DNA from: the human T2T-CHM13v2.0 reference genome, Homo sapiens
Reading direction: 5' to 3' (one strand)
Assembly: GCF_009914755.1 (NCBI RefSeq)
Contig: NC_060944.1
Length of the DNA stretch: 64,000 nucleotides
This document shows positions 11,701 to 25,000 of this stretch, piece by piece. Numbering within the stretch: the first letter of the stretch is position 1; the number at the start of each line of letters is the position of its first letter. Both the position numbers and the translations under genes were made by a program. Under the pieces are notes generated by a model, which saw only the letters and a list, made by a program, of their open reading frames with translations, was not told where the DNA came from and ran no database searches.

Positions 11701-14700
11701 GAGGATTTCTTGGGAAACGGGAATGTCTTCAGATAAACTCTAGACAGAAGCATTCTCAGAAACTTCTTTGGGATGTTTCAATTGAAGTCACAGTGTTGAA
11801 CATTCCCTTTCACAGAGCAGGTTTGAAACACTCTTTTTGTAGTGTCTATAAGTGAACATTTGGCGTGCTTTCAGGCCTAACGTGAAAAAGGAAATATCTT
11901 CCCATAAAAACTAGACAGAAGCATTCTCAGAAACTTGTTCTTGATGTGTCCCCTCTACTGACAGAGTTGAACCTTTCTTTGCAAAGAGCAGCTTTGAAAC
12001 ACTCTTTTTGTAGAATCTGCAAGAGGATATTTGGATAGCTTGGAGGATTTCGTTGGAAACGGGTATGTCTTCAGATAAACTCTAGACAGAAGCATTCTCA
12101 GAAACTTCTTTGGGATGTTGCATTCAAGTCACAGAGTAGAACATTCCCATTCATAGAGCAGATTTGAAACACTCTTTTTGTAGTATCTGGAAGTGGACAT
12201 TTGGAGCGCTTTCAGGCCTATGTTGAAAAAGGAAATATCTTCCCATAAAAACTAGACGGAAGCATTCTCAGAAACTTATTTGTGATGTGTTTGCTCAACT
12301 AACAGGATTGAACCATCGTTTTGAAGGAGCAGTTTTGAAACACTGTTTTCGTGGAATCTGCAAGTGGATATTTGGCTAGCTTTGAGGATTTCGTTGGAAA
12401 CGGGATTACATATAAAAAGGAGACAGCAGCATTCTCAGAAACTTCTTTGTGATGTCTGCATTCAATTCACAGAGTTGAGCATTCCCTTTCATAGAGCAGG
12501 TTGGAAACACTCTTTTTGTAGTATCTGGATGAGGACATTTGGAGCGCTTTCAGGCGTATGGTGAAAAAGGAAATATCTTCCCGTAAAAACTAGACAGAAG
12601 CATTCTCAGAAGTTTATTTGTGATGTGTGCCCTCAACTAACAGAGTTGAACCTTTCTTTTGATAGAGCAGTTTTGAAACACTCTTTTTGTAAAATCTGCA
12701 AGAGGATATTTGGATAGCTTTGAGGATTTCGTTGCAAACGGGAATGGCTTCATATAAACTCTAGACAGAAGCATTCTCAGAAACTTCGTTGGGATGTTTC
12801 GATTGAAGTCCCAGTGTTGAACATTCCCTTTTATAGAGCAGGTTGGAAACACTCTTTCTGCATTCCCTGGAAGTGGACATTTGGAGCGCTTTCAGGACGA
12901 CGGTGAAAATGGAAATATCTTCCAAGAAAATCTAGATAGAAGCAATGTCAGAAACTTTTATGTGATGGATCTACTCAGCTAACAGAGTTGAACCTTTCTT
13001 TTGAGAGAGCAGTTTTGCAACACTCTTTTTGTGGAATATGCAAGTGGATATTAGGGCAGCTTTGAGGATTTCGTTGGAAACGGGAATACATGTAAAAAGC
13101 AGACAGCAGCATTCTCAGAAACTTCTTTGTGATGTTTGCATTGAAGTCACAGAGTTGAACATTCCCTTTGAGAGAGCAGGTTTGAAACACGCCTTTTGTC
13201 ATATCTGGAAGTGTCCATTCGGAGCGCATTCAGGCTTGTGTTGAAAAAGGAAATATCCTCCCATAAAAACTAGACAGAAGCATTCTCAGAAACTTATCTG
13301 TGATGTATGTACTCAACTAACAGAACTAAACCATCGTTTTGAAGGAGCAGTTTTGAAACACTCTTTTTGCGGAATCTGCAAGTGGATATTTGGCTAGCTG
13401 GGAGGATTTCGTTGGAAACGGGAGTACATACAAAAAGCAGAGAGCAGCATTCTCAGAAACTTCTTTGTGATGTTTGCATTCAAGTCACAGAGTTGAACAT
13501 TCCCTTTCATAGAGCAGGTTTGAAACACTCTTTTTGTAGTATCTGGATGTGGACATTTGGATCGCTTTCAGGCCTATGGTGAAAAAGGAAATATCTTCCC
13601 ATGAAAACTAGACAGAAGCATTCTCAGAAACTTATTTGTGATGTGTGCCCTCAACTGACAGTGTTGAACCTTTGTTTTGATAGAGTAGTTCTGAAACACA
13701 CTTTTTGTAAAATCTGCAAGAGGATATTTGGATAGCTTTGAGGATTTCGTTGGAAACGGGAATGTCTTCATGTAAACTCTAGACAGAAGCATTCTCAGAA
13801 ACTGCTTTGGGATGTTTCAATTGAAGTCCCAGTGTTGAACATTCCCTTTCATAGAGCAGGTTTGAAACACTCTTTTTGTACTATCTGGAAGTGGACATTT
13901 GGAGCGCTTTCAGGTCTACGGTGAAAAAGGAGATATCTTCCAATAAAAACTAGATAGAAGCAATGTCAGAACTTTTTTCATGATGTATCTACTCAGCAAA
14001 CAGAGTTGAACCTTTCTTTTGAGAGAGCAGTTTTGAAACACTCTTTTTGTGGAATATGCAAGTGGGTATTAGGCCAGCTTGGAGGATTTCGTTGGAAACG
14101 GGAATACGTATAAAAAGCAGACAGCAGCATTGTCAGAAACTACTTTGTGATGTTTGCATTCAAGTCACAGAATTGAACACTCCCTTTCACAGAGCAGGTT
14201 TGAAACACTCTTTTTGTAGTGTCTGTAAGTGAACATTTGGATTGCTTTCAGGCCTAAGGTGAAAAAGGAAATATCTTCCCATAAAAACTAGACAGAAGCA
14301 TTCTCAGAAACTTGTTTGTGATGTGTGCCCTCTACTGACAGAGTTGAACCTTTCTTTGCAAAGAGCAGTTTTGAAACACTCTTTTTGTAGAATCTGCAAG
14401 AGGATATTTGGATAGCTTTGAGGATTTCTTGGGAAACGGGAATGTCTTCAGATAAACTCTAGACAGAAGCATTCTCAGAAACTTCTTTGGGATGTTTCAA
14501 TTGAAGTCACAGTGTTGAACATTCCCTTTCACAGAGCAGGTTTGAAACACTCTTTTTGTAGTGTCTATAAGTGAACATTTGGCGTGCTTTCAGGCCTAAC
14601 GTGAAAAAGGAAATATCTTCCCATAAAAACTAGACAGAAGCATTCTCAGAAACTTGTTCTTGATGTGTCCCCTCTACTGACAGAGTTGAACCTTTCTTTG

Positions 14701-17700
14701 CAAAGAGCAGCTTTGAAACACTCTTTTTGTAGAATCTGCAAGAGGATATTTGGATAGCTTGGAGGATTTCGTTGGAAACGGGTATGTCTTCAGATAAACT
14801 CTAGACAGAAGCATTCTCAGAAACTTCTTTGGGATGTTGCATTCAAGTCACAGAGTAGAACATTCCCATTCATAGAGCAGATTTGAAACACTCTTTTTGT
14901 AGTATCTGGAAGTGGACATTTGGAGCGCTTTCCGGCCTATGTTGAAAAAGGAAATATCTTCCCATAAAAACTAGACGGAAGCATTCTCAGAAACTTATTT
15001 GTGATGTGTTTGCTCAACTAACAGGATTGAACCATCGTTTTGAAGGAGCAGTTTTGAAACACTGTTTTCGTGGAATCTGCAAGTGGATATTTGGCTAGCT
15101 TTGAGGATTTCGTTGGAAACGGGATTACATATAAAAAGGAGACAGCAGCATTCTCAGAAACTTCTTTGTGATGTCTGCATTCAATTCACAGAGTTGAGCA
15201 TTCCCTTTCATAGAGCAGGTTGGAAACACTCTTTTTGTAGTATCTGGATGAGGACATTTGGAGCGCTTTCAGGCGTATGGTGAAAAAGGAAATATCTTCC
15301 CGTAAAAACTAGACAGAAGCATTCTCAGAAGTTTATTTGTGATGTGTGCCCTCAACTAACAGAGTTGAACCTTTCTTTTGATAGAGCAGTTTTGAAACAC
15401 TCTTTTTGTAAAATCTGCAAGAGGATATTTGGATAGCTTTGAGGATTTCGTTGCAAACGGGAATGGCTTCATATAAACTCTAGACAGAAGCATTCTCAGA
15501 AACTTCGTTGGGATGTTTCGATTGAAGTCCCAGTGTTGAACATTCCCTTTTATAGAGCAGGTTGGAAACACTCTTTCTGCATTCCCTGGAAGTGGACATT
15601 TGGAGCGCTTTCAGGACGACGGTGAAAATGGAAATATCTTCCAAGAAAATCTAGATAGAAGCAACGTCAGAAACTTTTATGTGATGGATCTACTCAGCTA
15701 ACAGAGTTGAACCTTTCTTTTGAGAGAGCAGTTTTGCAACACTCTTTTTGTGGAATATGCAAGTGGATATTAGGGCAGCTTTGAGGATTTCGTTGGAAAC
15801 GGGAATACATGTAAAAAGCAGACAGCAGCATTCTCAGAAACTTCTTTGTGATGTTTGCATTGAAGTCACAGAGTTGAACATTCCCTTTGAGAGAGCAGGT
15901 TTGAAACACGCCTTTTGTCATATCTGGAAGTGTCCATTCGGAGCGCATTCAGGCTTGTGTTGAAAAAGGAAATATCCTCCCATAAAAACTAGACAGAAGC
16001 ATTCTCAGAAACTTATCTGTGATGTATGTACTCAACTAACAGAACTAAACCATCGTTTTGAAGGAGCAGTTTTGAAACACTCTTTTTGCGGAATCTGCAA
16101 GTGGATATTTGGCTAGCTGGGAGGATTTCGTTGGAAACGGGAGTACATACAAAAAGCAGAGAGCAGCATTCTCAGAAACTTCTTTGTGATGTTTGCATTC
16201 AAGTCACAGAGTTGAACATTCCCTTTCATAGAGCAGGTTTGAAACACTCTTTTTGTAGTATCTGGATGTGGACATTTGGATCGCTTTCAGGCCTATGGTG
16301 AAAAAGGAAATATCTTCCCATGAAAACTAGACAGAAGCATTCTCAGAAACTTATTTGTGATGTGTGCCCTCAACTGACAGTGTTGAACCTTTGTTTTGAT
16401 AGAGCAGTTCTGAAACACACTTTTTGTAAAATCTGCAAGAGGATATTTGGATAGCTTTGAGGATTTCGTTGGAAACGGGAATGTCTTCATGTAAACTCTG
16501 GACAGAAGCATTCTCAGAAACTGCTTTGGGATGTTTCAATTGAAGTCCCAGTGTTGAACATTCCCTTTCATAGAGCAGGTTTGAAACACTCTTTTTGTAC
16601 TATCTGGAAGTGGACATTTGGAGCGCTTTCAGGTCTACGGTGAAAAAGGAGATATCTTCCAATAAAAACTAGATAGAAGCAATGTCAGAACTTTTTTCAT
16701 GATGTATCTACTCAGCAAACAGAGTTGAACCTTTCTTTTGAGAGAGCAGTTTTGAAACACTCTTTTTGTGGAATATGCAAGTGGGTATTAGGCCATCTTG
16801 GAGGATTTCGTTGGAAACGGGAATACGTATAAAAAGCAGACAGCAGCATTGTCAGAAACTACTTTGTGATGTTTGCATTCAAGTCACAGAATTGAACACT
16901 CCCTTTCACAGAGCAGGTTTGAAACACTCTTTTTGTAGTGTCTGTAAGTGAACATTTGGATTGCTTTCAGGCCTAAGGTGAAAAAGGAAATATCTTCCCA
17001 TAAAAACTAGATAGAAGCATTCTCAGAAACTTGTTTGTGATGTGTGCCCTCTACTGACAGAGTTGAACCTTTCTTTGCAAAGAGCAGTTTTGAAACACTC
17101 TTTTTGTAGAATCTGCAAGAGGATATTTGGATAGCTTTGAGGATTTCTTGGGAAACGGGAATGTCTTCAGATAAACTCTAGACAGAAGCATTCTCAGAAA
17201 CTTCTTTGGGATGTTTCAATTGAAGTCACAGTGTTGAACATTCCCTTTCACAGAGCAGGTTTGAAACACTCTTTTTGTAGTGTCTATAAGTGAACATTTG
17301 GCGTGCTTTCAGGCCTAACGTGAAAAAGGAAATATCTTCCCATAAAAACTAGACAGAAGCATTCTCAGAAACTTGTTCTTGATGTGTCCCCTCTACTGAC
17401 AGAGTTGAACCTTTCTTTGCAAAGAGCAGCTTTGAAACACTCTTTTTGTAGAATCTGCAAGAGGATATTTGGATAGCTTGGAGGATTTCGTTGGAAACGG
17501 GTATGTCTTCAGATAAACTCTAGACAGAAGCATTCTCAGAAACTTCTTTGGGATGTTGCATTCAAGTCACAGAGTAGAACATTCCCATTCATAGAGCAGA
17601 TTTGAAACACTCTTTTTGTAGTATCTGGAAGTGGACATTTGGAGCGCTTTCAGGCCTATGTTGAAAAAGGAAATATCTTCCCATAAAAACTAGACGGAAG

Positions 17701-19032
17701 CATTCTCAGAAACTTATTTGTGATGTGTTTGCTCAACTAACAGGATTGAACCATCGTTTTGAAGGAGCAGTTTTGAAACACTGTTTTCGTGGAATCTGCA
17801 AGTGGATATTTGGCTAGCTTTGAGGATTTCGTTGGAAACGGGATTACATATAAAAAGGAGACAGCAGCATTCTCAGAAACTTCTTTGTGATGTCTGCATT
17901 CAATTCACAGAGTTGAGCATTCCCTTTCATAGAGCAGGTTGGAAACACTCTTTTTGTAGTATCTGGATGAGGACATTTGGAGCGCTTTCAGGCGTATGGT
18001 GAAAAAGGAAATATCTTCCCGTAAAAACTAGACAGAAGCATTCTCAGAAGTTTATTTGTGATGTGTGCCCTCAACTAACAGAGTTGAACCTTTCTTTTGA
18101 TAGAGCAGTTTTGAAACACTCTTTTTGTAAAATCTGCAAGAGGATATTTGGATAGCTTTGAGGATTTCGTTGCAAACGGGAATGGCTTCATATAAACTCT
18201 AGACAGAAGCATTCTCAGAAACTTCGTTGGGATGTTTCGATTGAAGTCCCAGTGTTGAACATTCCCTTTTATAGAGCAGGTTGGAAACACTCTTTCTGCA
18301 TTCCCTGGAAGTGGACATTTGGAGCGCTTTCAGGACGACGGTGAAAATGGAAATATCTTCCAAGAAAATCTAGATAGAAGCAACGTCAGAAACTTTTATG
18401 TGATGGATCTACTCAGCTAACAGAGTTGAACCTTTCTTTTGAGAGAGCAGTTTTGCAACACTCTTTTGTGGAATATGCAAGTGGATATTAGGGCAGCTTT
18501 GAGGATTTCGTTGGAAACGGGAATACATGTAAAAAGCAGACAGCAGCATTCTCAGAAACTTCTTTGTGATGTTTGCATTGAAGTCACAGAGTTGAACATT
18601 CCCTTTGAGAGAGCAGGTTTGAAACACGCCTTTTGTCATATCTGGAAGTGTCCATTCGGAGCGCATTCAGGCTTGTGTTGAAAAAGGAAATATCCTCCCA
18701 TAAAAACTAGACAGAAGCATTCTCAGAAACTTATCTGTGATGTATGTACTCAACTAACAGAACTAAACCATCGTTTTGAAGGAGCAGTTTTGAAACACTC
18801 TTTTTGCGGAATCTGCAAGTGGATATTTGGCTAGCTGGGAGGATTTCGTTGGAAACGGGATTACATACAAAAAGCAGACAGCAGCATTCTCAGAAACTTC
18901 TTTGTGATGTTTGCATTCAAGTCACAGAGTTGAACATTCCCTTTCATAGAGCAGGTTTGAAACACTCTTTTTGTAGTATCTGGATGTGGACATTTGGATC
19001 GCTTTCAGGCCTATGGTGAAAAAGGAAATATC

Positions 19033-22000
19033 TTCCCATGAAAACTAGACAGAAGCATTCTCAGAAACTTATTTGTGATGTGTGCCCTCAACTGACAGTG
19101 TTGAACCTTTGTTTTGATAGAGCAGTTCTGAAACACACTTTTTGTAAAATCTGCAAGAGGATATTTGGATAGCTTTGAGGATTTCGTTGGAAACGGGAAT
19201 GTCTTCATGTAAACTCTAGACAGAAGCATTCTCAGAAACTGCTTTGGGATGTTTCAATTGAAGTCCCAGTGTTGAACATTCCCTTTCATAGAGCAGGTTT
19301 GAAACACTCTTTTTGTACTATCTGGAAGTGGACATTTGGAGCGCTTTCAGGTCTACGGTGAAAAAGGAGATATCTTCCAATAAAAACTAGATAGAAGCAA
19401 TGTCAGAACTTTTTTCATGATGTATCTACTCAGCAAACAGAGTTGAACCTTTCTTTTGAGAGAGCAGTTTTGAAACACTCTTTCTGTGGAATATGCAAGT
19501 GGGTATTAGGCCAGCTTGGAGGATTTCGTTGGAAACGGGAATACGTATAAAAAGCAGACAGCAGCATTGTCAGAAACTACTTTGTGATGTTTGCATTCAA
19601 GTCACAGAATTGAACACTCCCTTTCACAGAGCAGGTTTGAAACACTCTTTTTGTAGTGTCTGTAAGTGAACATTTGGATTGCTTTCAGGCCTAAGGTGAA
19701 AAAGGAAATATCTTCCCATAAAAACTAGACAGAAGCATTCTCAGAAACTTGTTTGTGATGTGTGCCCTCTACTGACAGAGTTGAAACTTTCTTTGCAAAG
19801 AGCAGTTTTGAAACACTCTTTTTGTGGAATATGCAAGTGGGTATTAGGCCAGCTTGGAGGATTTCTTGGGAAACGGGAATGTCTTCAGATAAACTCTAGA
19901 CAGAAGCATTCTCAGAAACTTCTTTGGGATGTTTCAATTGAAGTCACAGTGTTGTACATTCCCTTTCACAGAGCAGGTTTGAAACACTCTTTTTGTAGTG
20001 TCTATAAGTGAACATTTGGCGTGCTTTCAGGCCTAACGTGAAAAAGGAAATATCTTCCCATAAAAACTAGACAGAAGCATTCTCAGAAACTTGTTCTTGA
20101 TGTGTGCCCTTTACTGACAGAGTTGAACCTTTCTTTGCAAAGAGCAGTTTTGAAACACTCTTTTTGTAGAATCTGCAAGAGGATATTTGGATAGCTTTGA
20201 GGATTTCTTGGGAAACGGGAATGTCTTCAGATAAACTCTAGACAGAAGCATTCTCAGAAACTTCTTTGGGATGTTTCAATTGAAGTCACAGTGTTGAACA
20301 TTCCCTTTCACAGAGCAGGTTTGAAACACTCTTTTTGTAGTGTCTATAAGTGAACATTTGGCGTGCTTTCAGGCCTAACGTGAAAAAGGAAATATCTTCC
20401 CATAAAAACTAGACAGAAGCATTCTCAGAAACTTGTTCTTGATGTGTCCCCTCTACTGACAGAGTTGAACCTTTCTTTGCAAAGAGCAGCTTTGAAACAC
20501 TCTTTTTGTAGAATCTGCAAGAGGATATTTGGATAGCTTGGAGGATTTCGTTGGAAACGGGTATGTCTTCAGATAAACTCTAGACAGAAGCATTCTCAGA
20601 AACTTCTTTGGGATGTTGCATTCAAGTCACAGAGTAGAACATTCCCATTCATAGAGCAGATTTGAAACACTCTTTTTGTAGTATCTGGAAGTGGACATTT
20701 GGAGCGCTTTCAGGCCTATGTTGAAAAAGGAAATATCTTCCCATAAAAACTAGACGGAAGCATTCTCAGAAACTTATTTGTGATGTGTTTGCTCAACTAA
20801 CAGGATTGAACCATCGTTTTGAAGGAGCAGTTTTGAAACACTGTTTTCGTGGAATCTGCAAGTGGATATTTGGCTAGCTTTGAGGATTTCGTTGGAAACG
20901 GGATTACATATAAAAAGGAGACAGCAGCATTCTCAGAAACTTCTTTGTGATGTCTGCATTCAATTCACAGAGTTGAGCATTCCCTTTCATAGAGCAGGTT
21001 GGAAACACTCTTTTTGTAGTATCTGGATGAGGACATTTGGAGCGCTTTCAGGCGTATGGTGAAAAAGGAAATATCTTCCCGTAAAAACTAGACAGAAGCA
21101 TTCTCAGAAGTTTATTTGTGATGTGTGCCCTCAACTAACAGAGTTGAACCTTTCTTTTGATAGAGCAGTTTTGAAACACTCTTTTTGTAAAATCTGCAAG
21201 AGGATATTTGGATAGCTTTGAGGATTTCGTTGCAAACGGGAATGGCTTCATATAAACTCTAGACAGAAGCATTCTCAGAAACTTCGTTGGGATGTTTCGA
21301 TTGAAGTCCCAGTGTTGAACATTCCCTTTTATAGAGCAGGTTGGAAACACTCTTTCTGCATTCCCTGGAAGTGGACATTTGGAGCGCTTTCAGGACGACG
21401 GTGAAAATGGAAATATCTTCCAAGAAAATCTAGATAGAAGCAATGTCAGAAACTTTTATGTGATGGATCTACTCAGCTAACAGAGTTGAACCTTTCTTTT
21501 GAGAGAGCAGTTTTGCAACACTCTTTTTGTGGAATATGCAAGTGGATATTAGGGCAGCTTTGAGGATTTCGTTGGAAACGGGAATACATGTAAAAAGCAG
21601 ACAGCAGCATTCTCAGAAACTTCTTTGTGATGTTTGCATTGAAGTCACAGAGTTGAACATTCCCTTTGAGAGAGCAGGTTTGAAACACGCCTTTTGTCAT
21701 ATCTGGAAGTGTCCATTCGGAGCGCATTCAGGCTTGTGTTGAAAAAGGAAATATCCTCCCATAAAAACTAGACAGAAGCATTCTCAGAAACTTATCTGTG
21801 ATGTATGTACTCAACTAACAGAACTAAACCATCGTTTTGAAGGAGCAGTTTTGAAACACTCTTTTTGCGGAATCTGCAAGTGGATATTTGGCTAGCTGGG
21901 AGGATTTCGTTGGAAACGGGATTACATACAAAAAGCAGACAGCAGCATTCTCAGAAACTTCTTTGTGATGTTTGCATTCAAGTCACAGAGTTGAACATTC

Positions 22001-22093
22001 CCTTTCATAGAGCAGGTTTGAAACACTCTTTTTGTAGTATCTGGATGTGGACATTTGGATCGCTTTCAGGCCTATGGTGAAAAAGGAAATATC
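19033..22093 (+). repeat. 18-mer structural-variant HOR H8 (3061 bp); extra dimer at 20078-20419
   Basis: Period is 3061 = 2719 + 342; it carries two m6 copies (GTCTATAAGTGAACATTTGGCGTG) and two degenerate boxes (TTTCTTGGG). Confidence 0.95.
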
Positions 22094-25000
22094 TTCCCAT
22101 GAAAACTAGACAGAAGCATTCTCAGAAACTTATTTGTGATGTGTGCCCTCAACTGACAGTGTTGAACCTTTGTTTTGATAGAGCAGTTCTGAAACACACT
22201 TTTTGTAAAATCTGCAAGAGGATATTTGGATAGCTTTGAGGATTTCGTTGGAAACGGGAATGTCTTCATGTAAACTCTAGACAGAAGCATTCTCAGAAAC
22301 TGCTTTGGGATGTTTCAATTGAAGTCCCAGTGTTGAACATTCCCATTCATAGAGCAGGTTTGAAACACTCTTTTTGTACTATCTGGAAGTGGACATTTGG
22401 AGCGCTTTCAGGTCTACGGTGAAAAAGGAGATATCTTCCAATAAAAACTAGATAGAAGCAATGTCAGAACTTTTTTCATGATGTATCTACTCAGCAAACA
22501 GAGTTGAACCTTTCTTTTGAGAGAGCAGTTTTGAAACACTCTTTTTGTGGAATATGCAAGTGGGTATTAGGCCAGCTTGGAGGATTTCGTTGGAAACGGG
22601 AATACGTATAAAAAGCAGACAGCAGCATTGTCAGAAACTACTTTGTGATGTTTGCATTCAAGTCACAGAATTGAACACTCCCTTTCACAGAGCAGGTTTG
22701 AAACACTCTTTTTGTAGTGTCTGTAAGTGAACATTTGGATTGCTTTCAGGCCTAAGGTGAAAAAGGAAATATCTTCCCATAAAAACTAGACAGAAGCATT
22801 CTCAGAAACTTGTTTGTGATGTGTGCCCTCTACTGACAGAGTTGAACCTTTCTTTGCAAAGAGCAGTTTTGAAACACTCTTTTTGTAGAATCTGCAAGAG
22901 GATATTTGGATAGCTTTGAGGATTTCTTGGGAAACGGGAATGTCTTCAGATAAACTCTAGACAGAAGCATTCTCAGAAACTTCTTTGGGATGTTTCAATT
23001 GAAGTCACAGTGTTGAACATTCCCTTTCACAGAGCAGGTTTGAAACACTCTTTTTGTAGTGTCTATAAGTGAACATTTGGCGTGCTTTCAGGCCTAACGT
23101 GAAAAAGGAAATATCTTCCCATAAAAACTAGACAGAAGCATTCTCAGAAACTTGTTCTTGATGTGTCCCCTCTACTGACAGAGTTGAACCTTTCTTTGCA
23201 AAGAGCAGCTTTGAAACACTCTTTTTGTAGAATCTGCAAGAGGATATTTGGATAGCTTGGAGGATTTCGTTGGAAACGGGTATGTCTTCAGATAAACTCT
23301 AGACAGAAGCATTCTCAGAAACTTCTTTGGGATGTTGCATTCAAGTCACAGAGTAGAACATTCCCATTCATAGAGCAGATTTGAAACACTCTTTTTGTAG
23401 TATCTGGAAGTGGACATTTGGAGCGCTTTCAGGCCTATGTTGAAAAAGGAAATATCTTCCCATAAAAACTAGACGGAAGCATTCTCAGAAACTTATTTGT
23501 GATGTGTTTGCTCAACTAACAGGATTGAACCATCGTTTTGAAGGAGCAGTTTTGAAACACTGTTTTCGTGGAATCTGCAAGTGGATATTTGGCTAGCTTT
23601 GAGGATTTCGTTGGAAACGGGATTACGTATAAAAAGGAGACAGCAGCATTCTCAGAAACTTCTTTGTGATGTCTGCATTCAATTCACAGAGTTGAGCATT
23701 CCCTTTCATAGAGCAGGTTGGAAACACTCTTTTTGTAGTATCTGGATGAGGACATTTGGAGCGCTTTCAGGCGTATGGTGAAAAAGGAAATATCTTCCCG
23801 TAAAAACTAGACAGAAGCATTCTCAGAAGTTTATTTGTGATGTGTGCCCTCAACTAACAGAGTTGAACCTTTCTTTTGATAGAGCAGTTTTGAAACACTC
23901 TTTTTGTAAAATCTGCAAGAGGATATTTGGATAGCTTTGAGGATTTCGTTGCAAACGGGAATGGCTTCATATAAACTCTAGACAGAAGCATTCTCAGAAA
24001 CTTCGTTGGGATGTTTCGATTGAAGTCCCAGTGTTGAACATTCCCTTTTATAGAGCAGGTTGGAAACACTCTTTCTGCATTCCCTGGAAGTGGACATTTG
24101 GAGCGCTTTCAGGACGACGGTGAAAATGGAAATATCTTCCAAGAAAATCTAGATAGAAGCAATGTCAGAAACTTTTATGTGATGGATCTACTCAGCTAAC
24201 AGAGTTGAACCTTTCTTTTGAGAGAGCAGTTTTGCAACACTCTTTTTGTGGAATATGCAAGTGGATATTAGGGCAGCTTTGAGGATTTCGTTGGAAACGG
24301 GAATACATGTAAAAAGCAGACAGCAGCATTCTCAGAAACTTCTTTGTGATGTTTGCATTGAAGTCACAGAGTTGAACATTCCCTTTGAGAGAGCAGGTTT
24401 GAAACACGCCTTTTGTCATATCTGGAAGTGTCCATTCGGAGCGCATTCAGGCTTGTGTTGAAAAAGGAAATATCCTCCCATAAAAACTAGACAGAAGCAT
24501 TCTCAGAAACTTATCTGTGATGTATGTACTCAACTATCAGAACTGAACCATCGTTTTGAAGGAGGAGTTTTGAAACACTCTTTTTGCGGAATCTGCAAGT
24601 GGATATTTGGCTAGCTGGGAGGATTTCGTTGGAAACGGGATTACATACAAAAAGCAGACAGCAGCATTCTCAGAAACTTCTTTGTGATGTTTGCATTCAA
24701 GTCACAGAGTTGAACATTCCCTTTCATAGAGCAGGTTTGAAACACTCTTTTTGTAGTATCTGGATGTGGACATTTGGATCGCTTTCAGGCCTATGGTGAA
24801 AAAGGAAATATCTTCCCATGAAAACTAGACAGAAGCATTCTCAGAAACTTATTTGTGATGTGTGCCCTCAACTGACAGTGTTGAACCTTTGTTTTGATAG
24901 AGCAGTTCTGAAACACACTTTTTGTAAAATCTGCAAGAGGATATTTGGATAGCTTTGAGGATTTCGTTGGAAACGGGAATGTCTTCATGTAAACTCTAGA

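Noticed and set aside
18461-18470. 1 bp deletion in H7 (T5>T4) producing the unique 80 and 85 aa ORFs
   Set aside because: It is a homopolymer slip or sequencing error; the altered ORFs are incidental.
19760-20011. Unique 83 aa ORF in H8
   Set aside because: It is a by-product of the m3 conversion tract and nearby SNVs removing stop codons; there is no evidence it is coding.
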